Shown here: positions 8,101 to 17,041 of the stretch, in pieces
How the letters are laid out: every line of letters starts with the position of its first letter
Numbering within the stretch: the stretch's first letter is position 1
Virus record (IMG/VR): IMGVR_UViG_3300034050_000106
Span: 1 to 34,756 of that record
From: a virus
Taxonomy: Duplodnaviria > Caudoviricetes
Reading direction: 5' to 3' (one strand)
Length of the DNA stretch: 34,756 bases
The notes under the pieces: model-generated
The model's database searches: none
The model's input: only the letters and a program-made list of their open reading frames with translations
Told to the model about the DNA's origin: nothing
Translations under genes and position numbers: made by a program

Positions 8101-8958
8101 ATGAAAACGGCAGCAATGGAGAATGACGACGTACTAGACGCGATTGATATCGACACCACAGAAGACGAGCAATTTGACGATGAGAACTTTGCCATCGAAG
8201 ATGCTCAAGATGATGACGAAGAAGGCGACGAAGACGAAGTTGTAATATCCATAGGTGAGGAATCGCCACCTCAAGAGGAAGAAGTTCGTGCGCCTGCGTG
8301 GGTGCGTGAATTGCGTAAATCCAATCGGGAAAAAGAACGGAAGATACGCGAACTGGAAGCAAAGCTAAATACGACAGCAACTGAGACCAAGCCAGTTGCA
8401 TTAGTAAGTAAGCCAACGCTTGAAAGTTGCGACTATGATTCCGACGAGTACGAACAAAAGCTTGCTGACTGGTATGAGCATAAACGCGAATACGATGCAG
8501 CCGAAGCCAGTGTTGCAGCCCAGCGAGATGCTGAAGCTAAGGCATGGCAGGACAAGCTTGATTCCTATGCGAAGGCGAAGGCCTCGTTAAAGGTGCGGGA
8601 CTATGACGAAGCTGAAGCTACGGCTTTAGATACGTTTGACGTAACGCAGCAAGGAATCGTTCTGCAAGGCTCTGACAATCCCGCATTGTTAATTTATGCA
8701 ATCGGCAGAAACGCAAAGCGTGCAAAAGAACTTGCCTCAATTAATGACCCCGTAAAGTTTGCCTTTGCGGTAGCTAAACTGGAGACTCAGTTGAAAGTAA
8801 CAAACCGTAAGGCAGCAACCTCACCAGAGCGCACCATCAATTCCGGTGGTGGCCGTTTATCTGGTGCTATCGACTCAACACTTGAACGCTTACGCGCCGA
8901 AGCTCTGAAGACCGGAGACTTGTCAAAGGTCATGGAATATAAGCGTCGTAAGAAATAA
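8101..8958 (+). CDS. Scaffolding protein
   Basis: Between portal and coat; very acidic N-terminus, coiled coil, basic C-terminal helix (YKRRKK) as in P22 gp8. Confidence 0.85.
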   Translation: MKTAAMENDDVLDAIDIDTTEDEQFDDENFAIEDAQDDDEEGDEDEVVISIGEESPPQEEEVRAPAWVRELRKSNREKERKIRELEAKLNTTATETKPVALVSKPTLESCDYDSDEYEQKLADWYEHKREYDAAEASVAAQRDAEAKAWQDKLDSYAKAKASLKVRDYDEAEATALDTFDVTQQGIVLQGSDNPALLIYAIGRNAKRAKELASINDPVKFAFAVAKLETQLKVTNRKAATSPERTINSGGGRLSGAIDSTLERLRAEALKTGDLSKVMEYKRRKK

Positions 8959-8979
8959 ACTTAGTTAAAGGAATTAAAT

Positions 8980-10254
8980 ATGGCTAACGCTTTTTCGAAA
9001 GAAGAAATTGTTGCTTTTGAGGACATCCTTGAAGGCTTCAACGATGCTTTGATCCTGTCAAAGAACATCAACGTATACAACACCAACGGCGTAACGATGG
9101 AGCGCGCACGCGACACCATCTGGCGTCCACAACCTTACATCGCTCAGTCGTTCGACCGCGTTGTAGGTACTTCGATTGCGTCTGACGTTTCGACGATGAC
9201 TCAGCTTTCTGTTCCATCGACTCTCGGTTTCAACAAGTGCTCTGCTTGGCAGATGAACGCACTGGAACTGCGTGACGCGTTGCAGGAAGGTCGTCTTGGC
9301 GATTCCGCAAAGCAAAAGCTTGCATCTGACATCAACCTTTCCGTTATGGATTTGGCTGCTGCTCAGGGTACGCTTGTTGTTCCAGTTGCAACTCCTGCTG
9401 GCGATTATGATGACGTTGCTCTCTGCGACAGCATCATGAACGAACAGGGCGTTATGGCTGGCGATCGCTACCTCGCATTGTCGAGCCGCGATTACAACGG
9501 CATGGCAGGCAACTTGGCAGTAGCGACTCGCTCGTTCACTGGCAACAAGTCGGCTAATGCATATGAGCGTTCGTTCGTCGGTGAAGTCGCAAGCTTCCAG
9601 ACCTACAAGCTTGACTATGCAAACCGTTGCGCTGCTAACGCTGCGACTGTTACCATTGCTACCAATGGCGCTCAGGTTCGTTATGTTCCTCAGGCGACCA
9701 CAAGCAGCACTGGCGGCATCTTGAACGTAGATAACCGCTATCAGACCGTCACTGTCTCCTCGACAACTGGCGTTGTTGCTGGCGATGCGTTCACGATCGA
9801 TGGTATCGAAGCTGTTCACCACATCACGAAGCGTTCGACTGGCGAACTCAAGACGTTCCGCGTTATTGAAGTTGTCAACGGTACTACGATGGTTATCAGC
9901 CCACCAATCATCGGTGCGAACTCCTCGCCAACGGATGCTGAACTTCAGTATCAGAACGTTGATGTAGTAGCTACTTCGGCAACTGCTGACGTCAACTTCC
10001 TGAACGTTGCTGCTTCGAGCATCAACCCATTCTGGCGTAAGGATTCGATCGAGCTGTTGCCTGGTCGTTATGCTGTTCCAGATGGCGCTGGCGTTGACGT
10101 ACTGCGTGCTGCTACGGATCAGGGTATCGAATTGGTCATGACCAAGAAGTTCGATCCACTGACCTTCCAGACGCTTTACACGCTGGACACACTGTATGGT
10201 GTTGTAATGACGAACCCAGAAATGGCTGGTATTCTTCTTTTCAACCAATCATAA
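8980..10254 (+). CDS. Major capsid protein (P22 gp5 family)
   Basis: MANAFSKEEIV start, WRPQPY motif, C-terminal TLDTLYGVVMTNPEMAGILL; strong codon bias; followed by a terminator. Confidence 0.93.
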   Translation: MANAFSKEEIVAFEDILEGFNDALILSKNINVYNTNGVTMERARDTIWRPQPYIAQSFDRVVGTSIASDVSTMTQLSVPSTLGFNKCSAWQMNALELRDALQEGRLGDSAKQKLASDINLSVMDLAAAQGTLVVPVATPAGDYDDVALCDSIMNEQGVMAGDRYLALSSRDYNGMAGNLAVATRSFTGNKSANAYERSFVGEVASFQTYKLDYANRCAANAATVTIATNGAQVRYVPQATTSSTGGILNVDNRYQTVTVSSTTGVVAGDAFTIDGIEAVHHITKRSTGELKTFRVIEVVNGTTMVISPPIIGANSSPTDAELQYQNVDVVATSATADVNFLNVAASSINPFWRKDSIELLPGRYAVPDGAGVDVLRAATDQGIELVMTKKFDPLTFQTLYTLDTLYGVVMTNPEMAGILLFNQS

Positions 10255-10261
10255 TAGAGAT

Positions 10262-10290
10262 GGGGGAGGCTTCGGCTTCCCCCTACTTTT
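10262..10290 (+). terminator. Intrinsic terminator after the coat gene
   Basis: GGGGGAGGC-TTCG-GCTTCCCCC stem with a cUUCGg tetraloop, then TACTTTT. Confidence 0.88.
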
Positions 10291-10307
10291 CGTAAAGGGA
10301 AATAAAG

Positions 10308-10496
10308 ATGGCAAAGAAACCTACCAAAGCCGCCAAGAAGATCGCCAAAGTTATGGGTGAATACAAGGCTGGTAAGCTGCACGCTGGCGTTAATCCAAAA
10401 GGGCCAAAGAAAGCTCCTATGGCTAAGAACCCAAAGCAAGCTATTGCCATCGCTCTGTCTGAAGCAGGCATGAGCAAGAAGATGAAAAAGAAATGA
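10308..10496 (+). CDS. Small basic protein, DUF6496-like
   Basis: KIAKVMGEYKAGKLH...KQAIAIALSEAG motif. Confidence 0.75.
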   Translation: MAKKPTKAAKKIAKVMGEYKAGKLHAGVNPKGPKKAPMAKNPKQAIAIALSEAGMSKKMKKK

Positions 10497-10825
10497 CCGA
10501 CTTTCCAGCAATTCTATATCGTACACCAGGCCCATTCAAGAAGCCTCGTGGCGGCACATATGCTACCCGTCCCGCTGCGGACAAAGAGGCATTTGACGCA
10601 TTGATTGCGAAGGGTTGGTTCGCATCATACGAAGAAGCCAAAGGCGGCAAGGTAGCTAAAGAGATTATTGAATCTGCGGAATCCTTTGAAGATGCGGTTG
10701 ACGAAGTATCAGACGCAACCCGCGATGAGCTTGAGGACAAAGCAAAAGAACTAAATGTATCGTTTAATGCTCGCACTTCTGATAAGAAGCTAGCTGAACG
10801 CATTGCAACTGCGCTGGAGGAATAA
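10493..10825 (+). CDS. Hypothetical head-cluster protein with a C-terminal helix-extension-helix (Rho-N/LEM-like) motif
   Basis: ATGA coupling; TRDELEDKAKELNVSFNARTSDKKLAERI. Confidence 0.65.
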   Translation: MTDFPAILYRTPGPFKKPRGGTYATRPAADKEAFDALIAKGWFASYEEAKGGKVAKEIIESAESFEDAVDEVSDATRDELEDKAKELNVSFNARTSDKKLAERIATALEE

Positions 10826-11305
10826 ATGGGTTATAGCAAGCGACAGTTCATATCCGCTGCCTTTGAAGAAATAGGCATGGCGGAATATGTGTTCGATCTA
10901 CAGCCAGAGCAGCTACAGAGTGCGCTTAACCGCCTTGATGCTATGCTTGCTGAGTGGAACGCTAAAGGACTGCGCTTGGGCTATTCACTGCCTAGCAGCC
11001 CACAGGACAGCGATCTAGATGAGCCTACCTTTACGCCTGACAGCGCATGGGAAGCCATCATCACTAATCTCGCCATTCGTATTGCGCCTGGATATGGTAA
11101 AGCCGTGTCACCTGACACCAAGGTAACTGCTAAGGCTGCATACAACACACTGCTGCAAAGAGCTGCATTCCCGCTTGAGCAGCAGCTACCTGAAACAATG
11201 CCGACAGGTCAGGGCAATAAACCTTGGCGTTGGGATAATCCCTTCGTCCCTAGACCTATCGATCCTGTTGACGCTGGGCCTGATGGCCCCATTGAATGGA
11301 GTTAA
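10826..11305 (+). CDS. Packaged DNA stabilisation protein (P22 gp4-like head-tail adaptor)
   Basis: ALNRLDAMLAEW, NLAIRIAPGYG and MPTGQGN motifs; synteny. Confidence 0.85.
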   Translation: MGYSKRQFISAAFEEIGMAEYVFDLQPEQLQSALNRLDAMLAEWNAKGLRLGYSLPSSPQDSDLDEPTFTPDSAWEAIITNLAIRIAPGYGKAVSPDTKVTAKAAYNTLLQRAAFPLEQQLPETMPTGQGNKPWRWDNPFVPRPIDPVDAGPDGPIEWS

Positions 11306-11308
11306 ATC

Positions 11309-11635
11309 ATGCCTACAATTAACCAGCTTCCTACCGTTACTCAGGTATCAGGTGGAGATCAGTTCCCGCTTTATGTAACCAGCCAAGGTGATGCACGCCG
11401 TTGTTCTGTGACAACGATGATTACCTATATGCAAGCCAACTTCAGTAATGTTGTTGCAGCTACGGTTCAGACAACGCCTTCTACCTTTGCCCAGCTTCCA
11501 AATGCTGTTGGTAACACTGGTGCACGGGCTTTCATCACTGACGGAAGCACAACGACATTTGCTGCAACCGTTGCAGGCGGAGGCTCTAACTTCGTTCCTG
11601 TTTACAGCGACGGCATTGTGTGGAAAGTTGGCTAA
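11309..11635 (+). CDS. Virion accessory / fibre-like protein
   Basis: N-terminus MPTINQLPTVTQVSGGDQFPL resembles the MADKKISAL anchor of 23624..24607; C-terminal TFAQLP..GARAFITD..PVYSDGIVW fibre motif. Confidence 0.6.
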   Translation: MPTINQLPTVTQVSGGDQFPLYVTSQGDARRCSVTTMITYMQANFSNVVAATVQTTPSTFAQLPNAVGNTGARAFITDGSTTTFAATVAGGGSNFVPVYSDGIVWKVG

Positions 11636-11919
11636 TGCCTAAGGACTCTCGATTGGAAAGGGCTGGCGTTTCGGGTTATAACAAACCTAAGCGCACGCCT
11701 AACCATCCGAAGAAGTCCCACATTGTTGTCGCTAAGGTAGGCGACAAGATAAAGACCATTCGATTTGGAGAGCAAGGCGCTAAGACCGCTGGATCGCCAA
11801 AGCAGGGTGAGTCTGAGGCGATGAAGAAAAAGCGCGCATCCTTCAAGGCTAGGCACGCAAAGAACATTGCTAAAGGTAAGATGTCTGCTGCCTTTTGGGC
11901 TGACGAGACTAAGTGGTGA
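11635..11919 (+). CDS. Small basic hypothetical protein (KTIRFG...RASFKARH...SAAFWA type)
   Basis: TAATG coupling; strongly Lys/Arg-rich. Confidence 0.7.
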   Translation: MPKDSRLERAGVSGYNKPKRTPNHPKKSHIVVAKVGDKIKTIRFGEQGAKTAGSPKQGESEAMKKKRASFKARHAKNIAKGKMSAAFWADETKW

Positions 11920-11961
11920 CAGATAGCGCAATTTACGCTAAGGAAACTAAAGGAGTTTATT

Positions 11962-12261
11962 ATGGCTGATATTGAAACATTCGCACCCGCCTATGGTCGT
12001 GGCTTTGCAGTAGCACCTGGCGTTGCAACGGGAAGTTCATCTATACCTGTTAATACCCAAACACTTTGCATCACTAGCCGCAATTCGGTTGAGTGCTTTG
12101 TGCGCGTTGGGCCTTCTGGCGTTGAAGCAACAACTGCTGACTATCTTGTTCCGCCAAACGGTCAGGTCACCATCTCCAAGTTCCGTGACTATGATACGAT
12201 CGCGTACATCGCTCCTGCTGGCGGTGGTTCGCTCCACATCATTCCAGGCGAAGGCTTCTAA
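11962..12261 (+). CDS. Small beta-rich virion protein (possible head decoration / spike base)
   Basis: AAAGGAG RBS; ~100 aa alternating beta-strand pattern; structural-module context. Confidence 0.55.
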   Translation: MADIETFAPAYGRGFAVAPGVATGSSSIPVNTQTLCITSRNSVECFVRVGPSGVEATTADYLVPPNGQVTISKFRDYDTIAYIAPAGGGSLHIIPGEGF

Positions 12262-12392
12262 TGTTCCTGCTGACGCGCCTGCGCTCACGCCTTCGCTATT
12301 TCAATACAGGCGGAGGCCCAGTGTTGGGCGCTTTGCTTCAGCAAAATGGCGACTTTCTATTACTTGAGGATGGCGGCTACATCCTCCTCTAA
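12261..12392 (+). CDS. 43-aa microprotein MFLLTRLRSRLRYFNTGGGPVLGALLQQNGDFLLLEDGGYILL (not in the ORF track)
   Basis: TAATG coupling to the upstream gene; fills the gap to the gp10 gene; tandem LLxxxGxxLL repeat. Confidence 0.75.
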   Translation: MFLLTRLRSRLRYFNTGGGPVLGALLQQNGDFLLLEDGGYILL

Positions 12393-12408
12393 CTTTGTCG
12401 GATAAAAC

Positions 12409-13818
12409 ATGGTTCAAATTCCGATAGTCAATGGAATCTACACGGACAATGGGCCGGACTTTCGCACGTCCTATCCTGTCAATATGATTCCAGTGCCAAA
12501 GAGTAATGGTATTAGCGAAGGCTTCCTGCGTCCCGCTGATGGCTTGGTGGCCAACGGCACTGGCCCTGGCATCGATCGTGGCGGCATTAACTGGAACGGC
12601 ATCTGTTATCGTGTGATGGGTTCCAAGCTTGTCACAGTATCCAGCACTGGCGCTATAACGGTTATAGGCGATGTTCAGAACAACGGAAAGCTGGTTACTC
12701 TAGATTATAGCTTTGACCTCTTGGCCATCGCTTCGAATGATAAGCTCTGGTATTACTCGCCTACTGGTGGCCTTGTGCAAGTCACCGATCCTGATCTTGG
12801 TATTGTTCTAGATGTCGTTTGGGTAGATGGCTACTTCATGACCACCGACGGAGAGTTTCTTGTCGTTACGGAACTAAGCGACCCGACACAGGTTAATCCC
12901 CTGAAGTATGGTTCGTCCGAAATTGACCCTGACCCTGTTGTTGCATTGCTCAAGCTACGCAATGAGATTTATGCGCTGAATCGGAATACCATCGAAGTCT
13001 ATGATAACGTAGGCGGCGACTTGTTCCCATTCCAGCGCATTGAGGGCGCTCAGATTGAAAAGGGTGTTGTCGGCACTCATGCTTGCTGCGTATACCTTGA
13101 AAACATCGCCTACCTTGGTAGCGGCTTCAATGAAGCTCCTGGCGTTTATCTTGGCGCTAATGCCAAAGCGAATAAAATCAGCACGCAAGAGATAGATCAG
13201 ATTCTGCTTGAGTTCACCGAAGAACAGCTTGCTACGGTTAAGATAGAGGCGCGTAATGACAGAGCGCACGAACATCTATATATTCACCTACCCGATCGCA
13301 CGCTTGTGTTTGATGGCGCAGCCTCGCAAGACTTAGGCCAGCCAGTATGGTTTACCCTGACAAGCAGCTTGGTAGGTCTATCTAAGTACCGCGCACAGAA
13401 CCTTGTATATTGTTATGATAGGTGGCTAGTAGGCGATCCAACAAGCACATCTGTCGGCTATATGGTCAACAATATCTCAACCCATTACGGACAAAAGGTG
13501 CGCTGGGAATTTGGCACGACAATCGTTTATAACGAAGGCCGTGGCGCGATCATTCAGAACCTTGAGCTTGTTGGCCTAACTGGCTCCGTTGCCTATGGTA
13601 CAGACCCGACAATCAACACTAGCTATTCAACTGATGGCGAAACGTGGAGCCAGCAGAAGTTCATCAGCGCTGGAAAGACAGGGCAGCGTGCAAAGCGTTT
13701 GGTGTGGTTCCAGCAGGGTTGGATGCGTAACTGGCGCATACAGCGATTCCAAGGCACGTCAGACGCGCATATGTCGTTTGCTAGACTAGAGGCGGCAATT
13801 GAGCCGTTAGCCTACTGA
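12409..13818 (+). CDS. Packaged DNA stabilisation protein / tail hub (P22 gp10-like)
   Basis: 469 aa; MVQIPIVNG...PVNMIPVP start, DGYF, SSEIDPD, YSTDGETWS. Confidence 0.9.
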   Translation: MVQIPIVNGIYTDNGPDFRTSYPVNMIPVPKSNGISEGFLRPADGLVANGTGPGIDRGGINWNGICYRVMGSKLVTVSSTGAITVIGDVQNNGKLVTLDYSFDLLAIASNDKLWYYSPTGGLVQVTDPDLGIVLDVVWVDGYFMTTDGEFLVVTELSDPTQVNPLKYGSSEIDPDPVVALLKLRNEIYALNRNTIEVYDNVGGDLFPFQRIEGAQIEKGVVGTHACCVYLENIAYLGSGFNEAPGVYLGANAKANKISTQEIDQILLEFTEEQLATVKIEARNDRAHEHLYIHLPDRTLVFDGAASQDLGQPVWFTLTSSLVGLSKYRAQNLVYCYDRWLVGDPTSTSVGYMVNNISTHYGQKVRWEFGTTIVYNEGRGAIIQNLELVGLTGSVAYGTDPTINTSYSTDGETWSQQKFISAGKTGQRAKRLVWFQQGWMRNWRIQRFQGTSDAHMSFARLEAAIEPLAY

Positions 13819-15047
13819 TGGCGACTCCTTCAAAACTAAGTTTGACACGCGATCAGTTGGCGTCATTCTTGCAAGATCATGAGCAGATCAAGCAGTTTGA
13901 AAAGCTATTTCAAGTGGTCAGCGATGAGGTGGCTCCATTCAGCGTTTCTGAAGCTACCATCTTGGCGGGTACGGCTGACGCTACTGCGAACGAAGCTTTA
14001 TCTCAGATTGCCAGCCTTAGTGATGCGGTGGCTTATCAAGCTGTTTCCCCAGTTGCTGAGAACAATAATTCTATAACTACAGATTATATAGACTTCGATG
14101 GACATCCCCCGCACGTTAGTCGTGAAAGGCGCATGGCATGGAATGATGCAGATCGCACACTCGACCTTGGTATGGAATACGACGTTGTTCAGCAGATAGG
14201 TTTGGAAACTTATGCTCGCGTCCAGAACAACACTGGGGTGCTTATCCCTAACGGCACTGTCGTTGGTTTTACAGGTGCAGTCCCTGATAGCGCGTTATCG
14301 GTCGCACCATACTTAGCTAATGGCTCCACACCAACGCTCTATATTGTAGGCGTCATGACGCATGACCTGCCAGACACGGGGGAAAAGGGCTATTGCACCA
14401 CCTTCGGTTTTGTCCGCGACTTAAATACCAGTGCATTTGCACTTGGTGATATCCTTTACGCATCTCCGACTGTCGCGGGTGGGTTCACAAACGTAAAACC
14501 TACAGCACCTAATAACGTCGTCCCTGTTGCGGCAGTGTTAAAGGTTGGTACAACAGACGGTATTATTTTCGTGCGACCCACTATTGAGCAACAGCTATAC
14601 TATGGCGAGTTTACGAAAACAGATAGCCAAGCGCCAGCAGTCATCAATACTGCCTATGCGCTGACGTTTACTAATACCGAAATCGCAAGCGGCGTGTCGC
14701 TTGGAGCGCCTGCATCACGTGTCATCGTTGCCCAAGCTGGTTTCTATAATATTGCAACATCGGTGCAGATTACATCGACTAACTCTTCGCAGAAATCTAT
14801 ATGGGTTTGGCTACGCAAGAACGGTACGACAGACTTCCCTAATTCAGCCCGTGTCGCGTCGATTACACTTAACAATGGGTATTTGGTAGTGACGCTAAAC
14901 GAGGTTGCTTCTCTTATTGCTGGGGACTACATCGAAGTTATGTATGCTGCTGACAGCACCAACATTAGCATTTCCACAGTCGCGGCAACAGCCTTTGCGC
15001 CAGCCGCACCTGCTGTTATACTAGCTGTAACACAGACAGAACAATAG
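13818..15047 (+). CDS. Tail needle / fibre-like protein (P22 gp26 position) with a C-terminal beta-sandwich knob
   Basis: Helical N-terminus; C-terminal AGFYNIATSVQ...GDYIEV C1q/TNF-like pattern; synteny. Confidence 0.55.
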   Translation: MATPSKLSLTRDQLASFLQDHEQIKQFEKLFQVVSDEVAPFSVSEATILAGTADATANEALSQIASLSDAVAYQAVSPVAENNNSITTDYIDFDGHPPHVSRERRMAWNDADRTLDLGMEYDVVQQIGLETYARVQNNTGVLIPNGTVVGFTGAVPDSALSVAPYLANGSTPTLYIVGVMTHDLPDTGEKGYCTTFGFVRDLNTSAFALGDILYASPTVAGGFTNVKPTAPNNVVPVAAVLKVGTTDGIIFVRPTIEQQLYYGEFTKTDSQAPAVINTAYALTFTNTEIASGVSLGAPASRVIVAQAGFYNIATSVQITSTNSSQKSIWVWLRKNGTTDFPNSARVASITLNNGYLVVTLNEVASLIAGDYIEVMYAADSTNISISTVAATAFAPAAPAVILAVTQTEQ

Positions 15048-15056
15048 GAGGGCCTC

Positions 15057-15392
15057 ATGGCAGTCACCGTAAAGAACATCATCCCATCGAAAGAAGCCGA
15101 AGCAACGCAGACAACGCAATATACGGCTCTGAATGCTCGCTGCATTATTGATAAGTTCACTGCGACCAATACATCTATTGGCAATGAAAGCCTGAGTGTT
15201 AATCTAGTGACGTTTGGCGATACTCCTGGCGATGATAACTTAATCACGGATGCGCGTATGCTTGCGCCAAACGAAACATACACCTTCCCTGAATTGGTTG
15301 GTCAGGTTTTGGAATCCGGTTCATTCATTTCAACAATAGCAAGCGCAGCAAATTCACTTACTATTCGCGCTTCAGGTCGGGAGATCGTCTAA
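15057..15392 (+). CDS. Small beta-rich virion protein
   Basis: AGGAGG RBS; ends TIRASGREIV; structural module. Confidence 0.65.
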   Translation: MAVTVKNIIPSKEAEATQTTQYTALNARCIIDKFTATNTSIGNESLSVNLVTFGDTPGDDNLITDARMLAPNETYTFPELVGQVLESGSFISTIASAANSLTIRASGREIV

Positions 15393-15793
15393 TGAAAAAG
15401 CCCATGATTATGATTGAAGGCTTCGCTGGCCTGCGTGAGAGCGAACCATTCATCACTGCCGCTGAGAACAAGAAGAACACCAAGATCGTGATCGACGATT
15501 GGATGCTTGGCCCTGAAAAGCCTAGCAATGAGCGTGGCGCTAATCCTGAATACTGGATTGCTCTTGGTAAGGCTATGCAGTGTGATGAGACTGAGGCACG
15601 TCGCCGTCGCTGTTCACTTTGTGAGTACTATGACAACAGCACAATGACACAGGCAAAGATGGAAAATATCCCCTGGAACCAGTGGGATGTAGAAGCCGGA
15701 TTCCGTGGCTATTGCACGAAATTTGATTTCATCTGTCATGATTTGCGCTCTTGTCAAGCGTTTGAAGAACGAGAGTTTGAATTTGAAGATTGA
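15392..15793 (+). CDS. Cys-rich hypothetical protein with HiPIP-like Cys spacing
   Basis: RCSLCEYY...GYCTKFDFICHDLRSCQAF. Confidence 0.6.
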   Translation: MKKPMIMIEGFAGLRESEPFITAAENKKNTKIVIDDWMLGPEKPSNERGANPEYWIALGKAMQCDETEARRRRCSLCEYYDNSTMTQAKMENIPWNQWDVEAGFRGYCTKFDFICHDLRSCQAFEEREFEFED

Positions 15794-15859
15794 TTGTGAT
15801 ATGGCTGAGACACCGAGCGTTTACGAGCAGCCGGTGGCTCTCCATTTTAAGAGATTAAA

Positions 15860-16378
15860 ATGACAAATGATAACGCCAATTCCAATGCAGATTTAGCTTC
15901 TCAAGGAAGGGTTGTCTTGCCTGTTATTCGTCATGCCACATATGAAGATGCTGAACAGATTGCTGTGCTTGGTGCGATATTCCACGAAGAAGCATTTGGG
16001 GACGACATTCTAGAGTATGACATAGACGATTGCATACTTTCGCTTGAAGGCTTTATAGGTCAACCTAATTTCATTTGTATGGTTGCTGACGTTGGCGGAA
16101 GATTTGTTTCATTTGGTTCATTGATTCTTAGTCCAGTGTATTTTAATCACGCGCACATCTCTAGCGAGGAATTGTTTTGGTGGGCTGATCCTGATTGCAA
16201 TTATCCTGGCATTGGCATGAAGTTGAAGAAGGCAATGGAAAAGGAGGCTAAGGATCGCGGCGCTCTTTCAATCCAAATGAAATCAGTTGATGCGCTTAAT
16301 GGCGACAGAATGGCAAGGCTTTATATCCGTGACGGATACAAACCAAGTGAAAATACATTTATTAAAAGGCTAGTGTAA
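15860..16378 (+). CDS. GNAT-family acetyltransferase
   Basis: IRHATYED start, ELFWWADP..PGIGMKL acetyl-CoA loop, LYIRDGY. Confidence 0.8.
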   Translation: MTNDNANSNADLASQGRVVLPVIRHATYEDAEQIAVLGAIFHEEAFGDDILEYDIDDCILSLEGFIGQPNFICMVADVGGRFVSFGSLILSPVYFNHAHISSEELFWWADPDCNYPGIGMKLKKAMEKEAKDRGALSIQMKSVDALNGDRMARLYIRDGYKPSENTFIKRLV

Positions 16379-16379
16379 T

Positions 16380-17039
16380 ATGGCTATTGGAACAGCAGCA
16401 GCAATCGCTCTTGGCGTTGGCGCATTAGGCAGTGCGGGTATTGGTGCAATGTCAGCAAGCAAGGCTGGTAAGATACAAGCACAAGCTGCTGAGGCGGGAA
16501 CGGCAGAGCAGCGGGCGGCGCGTGAAGAAATGCGACGATTGCTTGAGCCTTATGTTGCCGCTGGTAGCCCTGCTCTAGAAGCACAGATGGGTGCATTAGG
16601 TCTTCGAGGCGCAGAAGCCCAGCAAGCTTATGTATCAGAGCAAGAGCAAAGCCCCGCGTTTCAAGCATTGGCACGGCAGCAAGAAGAAGCCATCCTACAG
16701 AACGCTTCGGCAACCGGTGGGCTTCGTGGTGGCAATGTGCAAGGTGCTTTAGCTCAGTTCCGACCAGCACTACTTAACCAGTTCCTTGAGCAGCAATATA
16801 GTAAACTTGGCGGAATGACAGCACTTGGTCAGCAATCGGCGGCTGGCGTTGGAACGGCTGGTATGCAATCTGCTGGTGCTATTGCCGATCTATTAGGACA
16901 AGCTGGTGCTGCAAGGGCTGGTTCTGCACTGGGTGTTGGTCAGGCTCTAAGTGGGCCATTCAATCTATTGTCAACGCTGGGCGGTATGTCTGCTTCTAAA
17001 TCTATGGGCTACGCTCCACCTCCTAAAGTAGGTTTCTAA
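16380..17039 (+). CDS. DNA ejection protein (P22 gp7-like)
   Basis: Gly/Ala-rich hydrophobic N-terminus; LEPYVAAG; NASATGGLRGGN motif. Confidence 0.85.
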   Translation: MAIGTAAAIALGVGALGSAGIGAMSASKAGKIQAQAAEAGTAEQRAAREEMRRLLEPYVAAGSPALEAQMGALGLRGAEAQQAYVSEQEQSPAFQALARQQEEAILQNASATGGLRGGNVQGALAQFRPALLNQFLEQQYSKLGGMTALGQQSAAGVGTAGMQSAGAIADLLGQAGAARAGSALGVGQALSGPFNLLSTLGGMSASKSMGYAPPPKVGF

Positions 17040-17041
17040 AA

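Noticed and set aside
9058-10248. 396-aa antisense ORF opposite the coat gene
   Set aside because: No recognisable motifs; explained by strong codon bias of the coat gene avoiding TTA/CTA/TCA in that register.
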